DNA of 50,305 bases, counting the filler, from Jimgerdemannia flammicorona (Eukaryota): the NCBI GenBank assembly GCA_003990765.1. It is 2 parts of 2 records of this genome, joined end to end, with 100 filler letters (N's around TTAATTAATTAA, not from the genome) between each part and the next. Parts side by side here need not be neighbours in the genome. Positions count along the whole stretch, not along the records: positions 25,204 to 50,305 come from RBNJ01000883.1; 1 more part is not named here. One strand, given 5' to 3'. A model generated the notes under the pieces. That model was not told the DNA's origin, searched no databases, and saw only the letters and a list, made by a program, of their open reading frames with translations. Below are positions 49,782 through 50,305 of the stretch, in pieces (the first letter of the stretch is position 1; every line of letters begins with the position of its first letter). The translations under genes were made by a program, and so were the position numbers.

Positions 49782-50305
49782 TAGTGCTCTGCAAACCTGA
49801 CCCCATTAACCTGAAACCCAACCTGTAAAACAGCCAACCTGGAATTAGATGTCACCCGTCTTTAACCCAACCCAGAATTATACATCTCCCATCTTTAACC
49901 CAACCTAGAATTATACATCACCTGTCTTAAACCCAACCCAGAATTATACATCACCCATCTTTAACCTGACCTGGAAAGATACATTACCCATCTTTAACCT
50001 GACCTGGAAATGTATGTCACCCGACCCATTATTTACCCTTAACCCAAACCTGAACCCGACCCCTGAACCTGATCCTGAACCCGACCCCTGAACCCTACCC
50101 TGAACCTGACCCTGAACCCGACCCCTGAACCCAACCCTGAACCCGACCCTCTGAACTCTGCTCTGAAAAAATGATTCAGAAAATATTTGGATAATATTCA
50201 GAGTAATTGAAAGTGAAAAATATCTGAAGACCACTAAGAATCCAAACACACGCATGCACAAATTGTATTTACATATAAGCTGTTTCGACGTTCAGTCACT
50301 AGCTC
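49782..50305. mobile_element. One end of a probable hAT-like DNA transposon inserted in the LINE; continues past the window
   Basis: Starts TAGTGCTC (same terminus as the MITE at 10876) exactly where LINE homology stops; dense subterminal AACCCGA/AACCTGA motifs. Confidence 0.65.
49838..50160. repeat. 33-bp tandem repeat (about 6 copies) followed by CCCTGAACCYGA short repeats
   Basis: AATTATACATCACCCATCTTTAACCCAACCCAG-type units to about 50030, then 11-12-bp units. Confidence 0.85.

Noticed and set aside
50030..50160. Telomere-like CCCTGAA repeats
   Set aside because: Irregular 11-12-bp units followed by unique sequence inside a TE end; better explained as subterminal transposon repeats

Overview
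Eukaryotic (fungal) genomic DNA made of two pieces joined by an artificial 100-nt spacer (N44-TTAATTAATTAA-N44, 25104-25203), so the halves may not be adjacent in the genome. The left half (1-25103) is gene-dense with short-intron genes: two intronless BTB/POZ paralogs in inverted orientation, HDAC11-like deacetylase, a small possible Pol I A14-like ORF, COQ6, RFC4, YAR1, DHR1/DHX37, COA3, SNU13 and the 3' end of importin-11/KAP120. It also has a hAT-type MITE with an 8-bp TSD and a 29-bp minisatellite. The right half (25204-50305) is a nest of decayed transposons: two dUTPase-bearing Ty3/Gypsy elements, four L1/Tx1-like LINE copies (one full-length with TSD) and the start of a hAT-like DNA transposon. 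HDAC11, intron density and TE types suggest an early-diverging fungus (Mucoromycota-like; inference only). Most interesting leads: (i) RIP-like CpA>TpA plus CpG>TpG decay confined to repeats; (ii) two candidate Snu13-binding box C/D K-turns, one in the SNU13 3' UTR and one spanning a whole DHR1 intron, within a ribosome-biogenesis gene neighbourhood; (iii) extra coding modules in the Gypsy elements. Exon boundaries were read by eye and are approximate.
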